Shown here piece by piece: positions 1-8,900 of a stretch of 28,893 nt of DNA. Under the pieces are notes generated by a model. It saw only the letters and a program-made list of their open reading frames with translations, was not told the origin of the DNA and made no database searches. The position numbers and the translations under genes are program-made. The first letter of the stretch is position 1. Each line of letters begins with the position of its first letter. The stretch is from positions 1 to 28,893 of the IMG/VR virus record IMGVR_UViG_3300042914_001903, one strand, 5' to 3'. The DNA comes from a virus (taxonomy: Duplodnaviria > Caudoviricetes).

Positions 1-41
1 ATAAGATTGTTATCCTTTACTTTAACTTTTGTACTAATATC

Positions 42-70
42 AATATAACATAGATAATAAATCATGTCAA
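42..70 (-). promoter_or_regulatory. sigma70-type promoter for a leftward gene starting at the window edge
   Basis: Minus strand reads TTGACA (70-65), 17 nt, TG-T-TATATT (-10 at 47-42), then AAAGGA (SD-like) and 'cttAT' running off the left edge. GTACTAAT is repeated at 31-38 and 71-78, flanking the promoter. Confidence 0.65.
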
Positions 71-311
71 GTACTAATTTACTAAGTGATTAAAGATAAT
101 ATAAGAAGATTAAAACATTGAAATAATTAAAACAATGTAACATTGGAATATTTGTTACATAAAGCACCTTAGCACCATTATAACATAAAAATATACAAAA
201 TTCCTAGTACCAATGCCACTTTACGTTGTATTATCAATCAGAACTAAACTTGACAAATGAGTTTTTATGTAAATTATAATACCCAAAATCAAGGGATTTC
301 GTTGATAAATA

Positions 312-478
312 GATACCCCTCCCCCTCGCTACAAATGTGACGTAGTGGTGGAGAGGAGCGAAGTGATAATTTCATGGATAGTTGCTTCCCATTTATAATC
401 GCACAGATAGTTACCTCCTATTTATAATTGCTACATCAAGTTCCAAGTTCCAATGATACCCTACCCCCTCCTACAAAA
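312..478. repeat. cluster of imperfect direct repeats upstream of terS
   Basis: gatagttgcttcccatttataatcgc (377-402) vs gatagttacctcctatttataattgc (406-431), 22/26 identical. GATACCCCTCCCCCTCGCTACAAA (312-335) vs GATACCCTACCCCCTCCTACAAA (455-477). Tandem CAAGTTC at about 437-453. Confidence 0.7.
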
Positions 479-510
479 TACCCGTACCCTATAAAAAAAG
501 TACCTGTCAA

Positions 511-525
511 TGCTATAATTTTTAT
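511..525 (+). promoter_or_regulatory. extended -10 promoter, leaderless, for terS
   Basis: TG-C-TATAAT (511-519), then 6 nt, then ATG at 526. No SD. Confidence 0.65.
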
Positions 526-975
526 ATGAAGGTACGAGAACACCCTGAGGTTAAAGGTCTATTATTTGAGGAACGAAGACACAAGACAGCATATAAAAGA
601 GTAAAAATTAGTGATTATAAAATTGTAGATACCTACATTAAATGTAACTTCCACATTACCAATACGTGCAAGAAACTTAAAATAGCACCAGCTACCTGGT
701 ACGAGTGGCAGGAAACCTATCCTGAACTTAAAAAGATGTTAGATATTGCTAAAGAGTCTATTAAAGATGATATTGAAAAAACACTCATTACAAAAGCTAA
801 AGAAGGTGATACTCAACTGCTCCTCTACCTTGCCAAGACAATACTTAGAGATAGGGGCTATGGTCAAGATACCCAAAACACTAATCAAAATACCCAAGTA
901 AATATTGTATTACCTGAAGATACATCCAAGAAATATGAGTGGTGGGGTTCTTCAAACAAGCCTGATGAAAAGTAA
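526..975 (+). CDS. terS: terminase small subunit (HTH-type)
   Basis: 149 aa with an HTH-like segment (ITNTCKKLKIAPATWYEW) and the LITKAKEGDTQLLLYLAKT..RDRGY pattern typical of phage TerS. Lies directly upstream of TerL. Confidence 0.8.
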   Translation: MKVREHPEVKGLLFEERRHKTAYKRVKISDYKIVDTYIKCNFHITNTCKKLKIAPATWYEWQETYPELKKMLDIAKESIKDDIEKTLITKAKEGDTQLLLYLAKTILRDRGYGQDTQNTNQNTQVNIVLPEDTSKKYEWWGSSNKPDEK

Positions 976-2239
976 AGCTTTACAAGAAATCAAACTACAT
1001 CCCAAGCAATCACTTGTTTTTTGGTGTCCTAAGAGGTTTAGAGTGCTTAATGCCGGACGTCGTTTTGGTAAAACCACTTTAGCTATTGCAGAGATGATTC
1101 GTACAGCTTCTCTAATACCTGGGAGCAAGTCAATATACTTTGCTCCGACTATCTCTCAAGCTAGGGACATTGCATGGACTGAGATGAAGAATCAAACCAA
1201 GAATCTGTGGGCTCGGGACCCTAATGAATCTAGACTTGAGATTTACCTTAAATCATCAACAGGTGACCCCTCCCAAATATGGCTTAGGGGAGCTGAGAAT
1301 ATTGAATCTGCTCGAGGTAATAAAATCCACTTCCTTGTAGTTGATGAAATCTCATCCATTCGTAATTGGACCTATATTTGGAATGAAGTTTTAAGACCGG
1401 CATTAACCGATACCTTGGGTGGGGGGCTATTTATCTCAACCCCACATGGTTACGGGCACTTCTTTGATTTGTACAATAAACAAAATACTGATGATGATTA
1501 TGCTGCCTTTACATTCACCTCCTACGATAACCCTTATTTGTTACCTACAGAAATTGATAAAGCAAAGCTTGAAATTGGTGAGGACTCTTTTAGACAAGAG
1601 TATCTAGCTGAATTTGTATCGGTATCCGGTCAAGTCTATAAGGAGTGGAAGATGGATACTCAGTTCACAGAAGTAATTTATGACCCTAATCTTGAGGTTA
1701 ATGTGTCTTTTGACTTTGGAGTTAATGACCCAACAGCTCTCATTTGGTTTCAAAGAAGTGGTGGTGAGTTTAGAATCATTGACTATTACGAGCAAAAGGA
1801 CGCCTCTATTGACCATTTTGTCCATATCATAAGATCAAAGCCATACAGGCAACCTAGTCTTTATACAGGTGATATAGCCGGTCGTAGTAGGTCTATTGGT
1901 ACTAATACCTCACCTATTGAGGAATATGCTAAACACAAGATATTTATTCGTACCCGGTCAGTTAAATCAATCGAAGACCAAATTAGAATTACCCACAAGT
2001 ACATACCATCTCTCTTTGTGTCAAATAAGCTAGATAGGTTTAGAGATATTCTTTTAAATTACAGATATCCTGAGAAAAATGGACTTAATCAACAAAACGA
2101 GAACCCAATCCATGACGAGTATTCACATGGTGCTAGAGCTATGGAGTACTACTTCTTAAACATTGATGGTCTTGACCAAGAGGGATTAAACTATAACAAA
2201 ACTATTACCCAGAACAATTTTAAAGCGTGGGAAATCTAA
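965..2239 (+). CDS. terL: terminase large subunit
   Basis: Walker A AGRRFGKT, Walker B FLVVDE, coupling motif ISTP, RNase H-like nuclease DFGVND. ATG at 965 (overlapping the terS end) is preferred to the TTG at 905. Confidence 0.95.
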   Translation: MKSKALQEIKLHPKQSLVFWCPKRFRVLNAGRRFGKTTLAIAEMIRTASLIPGSKSIYFAPTISQARDIAWTEMKNQTKNLWARDPNESRLEIYLKSSTGDPSQIWLRGAENIESARGNKIHFLVVDEISSIRNWTYIWNEVLRPALTDTLGGGLFISTPHGYGHFFDLYNKQNTDDDYAAFTFTSYDNPYLLPTEIDKAKLEIGEDSFRQEYLAEFVSVSGQVYKEWKMDTQFTEVIYDPNLEVNVSFDFGVNDPTALIWFQRSGGEFRIIDYYEQKDASIDHFVHIIRSKPYRQPSLYTGDIAGRSRSIGTNTSPIEEYAKHKIFIRTRSVKSIEDQIRITHKYIPSLFVSNKLDRFRDILLNYRYPEKNGLNQQNENPIHDEYSHGARAMEYYFLNIDGLDQEGLNYNKTITQNNFKAWEI

Positions 2240-2241
2240 AC

Positions 2242-2276
2242 TTGAATTAATGTTATTTATTTATTATTTCTAAATT
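2242..2276 (+). promoter_or_regulatory. late-type promoter motif copy 1 (portal, leaderless)
   Basis: TTGA-N15-TTATTATT-N8-ATG. Confidence 0.7.
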
Positions 2277-4325
2277 ATGGCTAAAACACCTAAAAATCCT
2301 AAATATTCTTTTCAAGACCCTGAACTTTTTGAAGAAGTTTCCTATCATTACACCTATTCACAAGATGATATGGATAAAAGAAAGTTAAGAAAGAATGGTT
2401 GGGATGACATTATCAAAGCCTATTTTGGTTATTTACCTGCTAACTGGGCGTATCTTTCTAAAGTAACTGACCCTGTTATTAGAACCACCATCTTAGAGAA
2501 AACTTCTCGTATGTTTGCTGGAAAACTAAGAGGTACAGTAGCTCCAAGAGAAGGTAATGACGCTATAAAAGCTAAAATCATTAATGCTTTACTTGATTTT
2601 CAATGGGATAACGCCAAGGTTGGTGGCACAATGCTTGAGAAAGTTATTCTATCTGACATTCAAACAAGAATCTTTGGTGCTTCATTTGTCCTAAACTACT
2701 GGAACGTAGTTGAAAAAGACGGAAAAATCTATGAAGGACCTGAAATTAAGGTATTAGATAACAGAGATGTCTTTGTTGATTTTCAAGCCAATCATATTAA
2801 AAATGCTAACTGGGTACAGGTAAGAGAGTGGATTACTTGGCAAGACCTAAAAAACAAGAAAAACCCTGACGGTACCCCATTTTACAAAAATTTAGATGTT
2901 TTAAACCAAAGAATGAGAGGGGATGACAACCTACCTAAACCTGAAAGAAGAGATAATAGGTACACATCTATTACCAAACAAATAAGGTCACTTGAAGATA
3001 GAGTTGGACAAGACCTATACTTCCCAATTCAAGAGATTGTTACCGAATATAGAAGAGATAGAAAGATTATTTTTGCTCCAAGACATGGAGTTATCCTATT
3101 TGACGGTCCAAATCCACTAGATTCACAGGAAATTCCTATCTCAATGCTTAGATATTACCCAATTGGAGATGATGTATACGGAGAATCAGAAGTTGAGTCC
3201 GTATTGCCCCTTTATAGGGCTATAAATGCCACACTATGTGCCTTTTTAGACCAAATGAACTTGGCTATGCGACCTCCAATCAAGGTCGCTAACAACGCAG
3301 CTGGTGTCAGACTAGATACTTTAGTCTACGGACCTAATGCTGTGTGGCTTACTGGCGATAATCCAAACAATGTACAAGAACATCAATCAGGTACAGCAGC
3401 TATAACAGGCTTTAATACCTCCTATACAGCCCTTAAATCAGCGTTTCAAGTAGCAATGGGGGATAACTCCATGGGTATCTCTTCCATGAACCCACTTGGT
3501 AAAGGAGATAAGACTGCGACCGAAATTAGAGCTACTACAAGACAACAGTTAGCTCGTGATAACTACAACCAAATCTACTTAGAAGAATTTTTAAAAGATG
3601 TTATGGAGTTTTGGATTAAGATGAACCAACAGTTCCTTTTCTCAGACCCTACAAAAGAACAAATGATTATTAGAATAGTCGGAAAGGATATTTTAAATGA
3701 ACTTAAAAACATGGAACTTGCACAAACTCAAATCCCTGATGAAGTCATCACTCAAACTGCTGATCTCATTGACCAGACACCTGGTGGTTTGGCTCCAGAA
3801 GAAATTGAAGTAATCTCAAATGTATCTCGCGTACCTACAAATCCTGTAACAGATGAACAAGGAAATATAGTACCTAAACTTGATATGAGTGAAGATGGTT
3901 CTATTGCAAGATTATTTGTCGAAAAAGATGATTTAGTTGGTTCTTTTGACTACATTCCTGACGTAAAGTCTATGCAAATAGGTGTATCTGAAGAAGCAAT
4001 TAACGGAAGAAACCAAGCATTATACATCCTTTTATCACCTGGTGTTCAACAACAGCTCCAAATGGAAGGTGCTACAATTAATGTTAAAGACCTTCTTATT
4101 AGTGTTCTAGAAGACAATGGAGTTAAAAATGCAAGTAAATTATTTCAATCAGGACAAGTAAATGGACAAAGCCCTACTGGATTACCTGGACAATTACCAG
4201 GACAAGGACTCCCAGCAAATCTCCCACAAGGACTCGGAAACTTTGGAGGAAGCCAAATGCCTTCTGGACCTTCAATCGACCAAGGGATGGCAAATATTCC
4301 TCAAACACCTGGTATTAGTGCCTAA
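2277..4325 (+). CDS. portal protein (P22/podovirus-like)
   Basis: 682 aa after TerL. Contains DDVYGESEVESVLPLYRAIN and KTATEI motifs seen in P22-like portals, and a G/Q/P-rich disordered C-terminus. Confidence 0.85.
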   Translation: MAKTPKNPKYSFQDPELFEEVSYHYTYSQDDMDKRKLRKNGWDDIIKAYFGYLPANWAYLSKVTDPVIRTTILEKTSRMFAGKLRGTVAPREGNDAIKAKIINALLDFQWDNAKVGGTMLEKVILSDIQTRIFGASFVLNYWNVVEKDGKIYEGPEIKVLDNRDVFVDFQANHIKNANWVQVREWITWQDLKNKKNPDGTPFYKNLDVLNQRMRGDDNLPKPERRDNRYTSITKQIRSLEDRVGQDLYFPIQEIVTEYRRDRKIIFAPRHGVILFDGPNPLDSQEIPISMLRYYPIGDDVYGESEVESVLPLYRAINATLCAFLDQMNLAMRPPIKVANNAAGVRLDTLVYGPNAVWLTGDNPNNVQEHQSGTAAITGFNTSYTALKSAFQVAMGDNSMGISSMNPLGKGDKTATEIRATTRQQLARDNYNQIYLEEFLKDVMEFWIKMNQQFLFSDPTKEQMIIRIVGKDILNELKNMELAQTQIPDEVITQTADLIDQTPGGLAPEEIEVISNVSRVPTNPVTDEQGNIVPKLDMSEDGSIARLFVEKDDLVGSFDYIPDVKSMQIGVSEEAINGRNQALYILLSPGVQQQLQMEGATINVKDLLISVLEDNGVKNASKLFQSGQVNGQSPTGLPGQLPGQGLPANLPQGLGNFGGSQMPSGPSIDQGMANIPQTPGISA

Positions 4326-4494
4326 CTTCCCTGATCCTGCAAAGTATACGTCTAATGAAGCGTTAATCTTGCACTATACTAAAGCTTGTGGGCAACAGGA
4401 TGTGATTATGTGGGTAAGAGATTTTATGGGTAAACAAGAGGATACGATTAAGAGATTAACTAAAACACAAAATGAAAGAGAATCAGAATACTAA
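4162..4494 (+). CDS. hypothetical protein following portal
   Basis: 110 aa with ATG preceded by AGGA. The L..L..T.GW motif resembles small post-portal proteins. Overlaps the portal 3' end by 164 nt. Confidence 0.6.
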   Translation: MDKALLDYLDNYQDKDSQQISHKDSETLEEAKCLLDLQSTKGWQIFLKHLVLVPNFPDPAKYTSNEALILHYTKACGQQDVIMWVRDFMGKQEDTIKRLTKTQNERESEY

Positions 4495-4738
4495 AGAACC
4501 TTTAGAGTTCTACGAACATACAACTAAAATTGATCCTAACTATTGCGACCATAGATTTAAAAGACTTTCCATAACTCGTGTTGTTTGTAAAAGATGTGGC
4601 TTAGGTTTCTTTGATAACCCCTTTAACCCTTTTCCTGTAACTGAAATGAATAGAGCGGCTCGAAAACAAAAAGAACAATTTGATAAACAAAAAGAAGAGT
4701 TTTACGAGAAATATAAAAATGTTGAAAATAAAGAATAA
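4472..4738 (+). CDS. small putative Zn-binding protein
   Basis: 88 aa with CDH...CKRC (CxH...CxxC) motif. Confidence 0.6.
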   Translation: MKENQNTKEPLEFYEHTTKIDPNYCDHRFKRLSITRVVCKRCGLGFFDNPFNPFPVTEMNRAARKQKEQFDKQKEEFYEKYKNVENKE

Positions 4739-4756
4739 CTTTATTATTAATTGACT
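4722..4756 (+). promoter_or_regulatory. late-type promoter motif copy 2
   Basis: TTGA-N15-TTATTATT-N8-ATG(4757). Confidence 0.7.
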
Positions 4757-5923
4757 ATGGACAAAAATCTAGCAAAAAAAATAGGAAGTGCAGGAGCTGG
4801 AATTGCTGCTGGTAAAGCTGCATCTCAAGCTGTAGCTAAATCTACACCTAAATTAAATGTTACTGCACCTAAACCTTCAAGTTCTTCTAGCAAGAAGCAA
4901 GGTATCAACCCTGAAAGTGCTTTTTTAAGACAACAAAACGATTTAATTAATAGACAATTTGCAGAAGCTCAAAGTCTTTATGACACACAAGCTCAACAAT
5001 TAATACAATTACAACCATTTTATGAGCAATCAGTTATAAGAGGTTATGAATCTCAAAGACCAATACTTCAACAACAGTTTCAAGCTGGTATGGAAAATAT
5101 TGGACTTCAAAAAGAACAAACAAGAGGTCAAAGAGAATCAGCACTAGCACAAGCTAGAAGACAATACGAAGAAGGATTACAAAAATCACAAACTTTATTT
5201 GGTGGTGTTGGTGGTTCATCTGCAGGGCAAGCATCTGCTGAAATATTAGGTGCTGAGCAACTAAGACAAATGGGTTCTGCACAAACTCAATCTGCACAAA
5301 ATTTAATGGCACTAGGAACTGCTGAAAGAGATTTACAAGGACAATTAACTACACAACTACAACAATTAGAAGTTAAAAAACAACAAGATTTAATGAAATT
5401 AAGAGATTCTTTTAGACAAGAATTAAATCAAATCAATGCTCAAAAAGGTGCTTTATCTCAAAACAAAGCTAATGCACAGCTTCAAGCACTACAAGATTAC
5501 AACACAAGACGAAGACAATTAGAAGATTTAGTAACTGAGCAAAGAATGAACCTAGAATCCTTTGCACAACAAGCTGCAATTCAATTTAGATATAACCAAA
5601 TGGGTAATGCACAAGCAAACCAAATAGCACAATTACCTAACTTTAATAATATGGAATCTGAAGAAATTGCTTCTAACATTTTTAATTTAAGAAACACAGA
5701 CGCAGGTCTAAGAGCTTTATCAGCAGCAGGTTGGAACCCAACACCTTTACCTGGAGGTCAACAGATTTGGACTAATGAAAGAACAGGTTACACTTTAGAC
5801 CTAGCTGGTAGAAGACTAGAAGATAACGCTATAAATCTATGGAACGATTTACAAAAAGCAGACCAAACAGTTGCAAATTTATACAATTCAAAAAGACTTA
5901 GAGAGCTAAGTGGCTTAAAATAA
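4757..5923 (+). CDS. probable ejection/internal virion protein (Gln/Ala-rich coiled coil)
   Basis: 388 aa from ATG 4757. A/G-rich N-terminal helix, long Q/A-rich coiled coil and a GGVGGSSAG segment, a composition typical of podovirus DNA-injection proteins. Confidence 0.55.
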   Translation: MDKNLAKKIGSAGAGIAAGKAASQAVAKSTPKLNVTAPKPSSSSSKKQGINPESAFLRQQNDLINRQFAEAQSLYDTQAQQLIQLQPFYEQSVIRGYESQRPILQQQFQAGMENIGLQKEQTRGQRESALAQARRQYEEGLQKSQTLFGGVGGSSAGQASAEILGAEQLRQMGSAQTQSAQNLMALGTAERDLQGQLTTQLQQLEVKKQQDLMKLRDSFRQELNQINAQKGALSQNKANAQLQALQDYNTRRRQLEDLVTEQRMNLESFAQQAAIQFRYNQMGNAQANQIAQLPNFNNMESEEIASNIFNLRNTDAGLRALSAAGWNPTPLPGGQQIWTNERTGYTLDLAGRRLEDNAINLWNDLQKADQTVANLYNSKRLRELSGLK

Positions 5924-5958
5924 TTGATTAAACAACCCTAATTTATTATTAGTTAGGT
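5924..5958 (+). promoter_or_regulatory. late-type promoter motif copy 3
   Basis: TTGA-N15-TTATTATT-N8-ATG(5959). Confidence 0.7.
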
Positions 5959-8900
5959 ATGGATATCCAAAACACACTAGAACAAGCAAAACAAAGAGGA
6001 CTATCTGCAATAGATTCTATTAGAAAAGCTGTAACAACCCCTCAACCAACTACAATGGATAGGATATCGCAAGGTGTTCAGGTACTTAAAGCTTATGACC
6101 AAGCAAAAAAAGTATTAACACCTAAACCTACTAATGTTTTACAAAAAGCTTATGAAACATATCAAACAATTCAACCTATTGCTGGTGTAGTACAAGGTAT
6201 TACTAAAGGTTTTGGTGTACCTAAAACAAGTTTACCTGCACCACTTCAAGCACCACTTACATCTAACGCTGTAAAATTTACATCTGAATATTTAGAAAGA
6301 GTTGCAAAACCAATAGCTGATACTATTCAAGTAGCAAAAGAATTAAACCCAGCAACTTTAGGCATAACTTCTGCAAATAGGGGAGCGGCGTTAGCTACTA
6401 AACAAATAGAGTTAGGAAGAACTTTAACTCCTGAAGAATTTATATCTATTGCCAAACCACAGATTAGTTTAGATCAAATATTTGCGCCATTTGAAGTATT
6501 AAACCAAGCTATTGTTCAACCTGCATATGACACTTTAAAAGTTGATTTATACAATAAAAGAAAACAATTAGGTTATTCTGTAGCAGATATAACTGAAACT
6601 CCAGGACAATTAAGAAGAGCTGCAATAACAGGTAAGCCTACTCCAACAGGGAGAAGTGAGATTACTCTAAATGAAGTATTTAATGTTGATGAAAAAACAA
6701 ATCCTACTTTATACCAAGTAAATAGATTTATTGACTTTACACCTGAACTTATTGCACCAGGACCAGGTGAATTAGCAGCTTTTGGAGCAAGTATAAAAGG
6801 AGTTAAGGGTGCTTCTAGAGTTGATGATGCTATTGATGCGTTTAAAGCTGAAGGAAAACCATTAACTAAAGCTGCTGAGGATTTTATAAAGGATACATTT
6901 AAATCAGCAGATGACGTTAAAAACTATCTTAAAGAACAAATTGGTGGAATTAAACAAATAGACCAAGCAGAAAGAAATGTAATTAGTGTAACTCAAAAGT
7001 TTGCAGATGAGATTGTTAGAAAAGAAAAAGCTGCAAGAGAACTTGCTAGAGGAGAAGTACCTGGCATCAAAGGTAAATTATCAAAAATATGGGAAGACTA
7101 CAAAGTTAATTTTGAAACTCAGCAGGAAGCAATTTACAAAGCTATAAAACTAGCTGAAAAACAATACGGAAAATTAAATCCATCTCAAAATCCTATTTAT
7201 TATTTAGATATTTTGTTTAGAAGTGGAAGACAAACAGAAGAGTATATAACTAAAAATGGTTTGGTAGATATTTTAACTCAAGCAAAACAAAAAGGTTCTA
7301 CAGATGAGTTTGGTTCCTTACTTTTAAACAGAAGACTTTTAACTGTTGCTGATGAAACTGGTATTGATTTACCAAATAGAGCTGAAAAAGAAAGATTCGT
7401 AGCATTTGCTTCACAAAAATATGCAGATTTACTTGCAAGATACGACAACTATATGCAAGGTTTACTTAAATTTATTTACGATAACAATTTAATTGACGAA
7501 GCTGAATACAATAGACTTAAAGAATTAAAAGATTACGCACCTTTTCAAAAGGTATTTGACGAAGCAGATACACCTGAGTTACCAAAACTATCCACCACAA
7601 CATTTGGTAGTGTTAATGACCCAAGACTTGTACAAAAATTAAAAGATATAGCAAATACAATTCACGAGAACCCACTTGAATCAACCCTTTACTATACCTA
7701 CAGGGCTGTTGATAAAGCAAATCAAAACAAGTTTGCATCTTTATTTGGAGATTTAATCAAACAAGGCAAAATTGATGGGGCTGAGATGATTAGAGTTGCT
7801 GAGGATGTTATTAGAAGAACTGCACTTATTAATGATGTTGAGGAGTTAAAGAAAGTTAGAGATGCAGTTAGAAGATTTATCAAAAAAAAGAATATCCAAA
7901 AAGGAGTTCTTGAAAAAGAATTTAATTCACTAGCTAGAAAAGGAATTAATTTATCCCTTAAAAAAACTACTGTTGAAACAATGGATCCTGTAGTTAAAGA
8001 CAGATTAATTCAAAGAGTTAAATCTTTAACTAAAGACAGAAATAAATTACAAAACGAAATAGAAAAACTAAACATTAAAGGTTTAGATTTACAGGCAGTA
8101 AGAGATTTCGAAGGTTTCACAAAGGCTGTACCTGCTCCTGAACTACAAAAGATTTTAGATAAAAATCTAGTTAAGAAAGAAGAGTTTTTAACTAAACTTC
8201 TTGCTAAATCAGATAATTTAATCAAAGAAAAATTTAATAAATATATTTCTAAAGAGTATGGTTTAAATCTAAAAGAATTAACAGATGAAGCAAGACTAAA
8301 TTTCTTCAGGAACTCAACCCCTGATGAACTAGAAAGATTTGTTTTTGAAGTTCTTGATATAACTCCAAAAAGAGCTGCATCATTTTTTAACAGGTTAAGA
8401 ACAAGTAAGGGCAAGATTGCAGAAACTGTTAAAGAAATTGAGGACCTAAGAAATCAATCTTTTGTAAATAACATAATTGATACTTTATACAGAGATGAAC
8501 AACAACTTTTAAAACAATTAGCAGGTAAGCAATCTGAATTGAAACCAATTTTAAGAGAAATTACAGATATTAAATCAAATATCTACTACAACGAATTATT
8601 TAACTCTCTTGTTAAAAAATCTCCTGATGAATTAGAGGTTATTCAAAAACAATTAGGTAAATCAGAAAAAAATATTAAAAAGATTGTCGATATTATTGTT
8701 GAGGGTCAAAGGAAGTTAGACGAAACCTCAGGAGCCATTGCAAGAAGAGAACAAGAAATTAAAACCTTAATGGACAAAGGTAAAGATGGTAAAGCAGTTA
8801 TATCTTGGTACAACAACGGAGTTAGAGAACTAGCAACTGTTTCAAAAGAACTAGGAGAAGCATTTAAATTATCTAACGAAACAGGAACCATGGAAGCAGT

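Noticed and set aside
905-964. Longer TerL N-terminus from TTG 905
   Set aside because: It would overlap terS by 71 nt with no recognisable motif. ATG 965 gives a typical short overlap.
2242-2276. Archaeal TATA-box reading of the repeated motif
   Set aside because: The AT-rich box lies at about -16 to -9 from the inferred start, not about -26, and is paired with a TTGA at -35 as in bacterial promoters.
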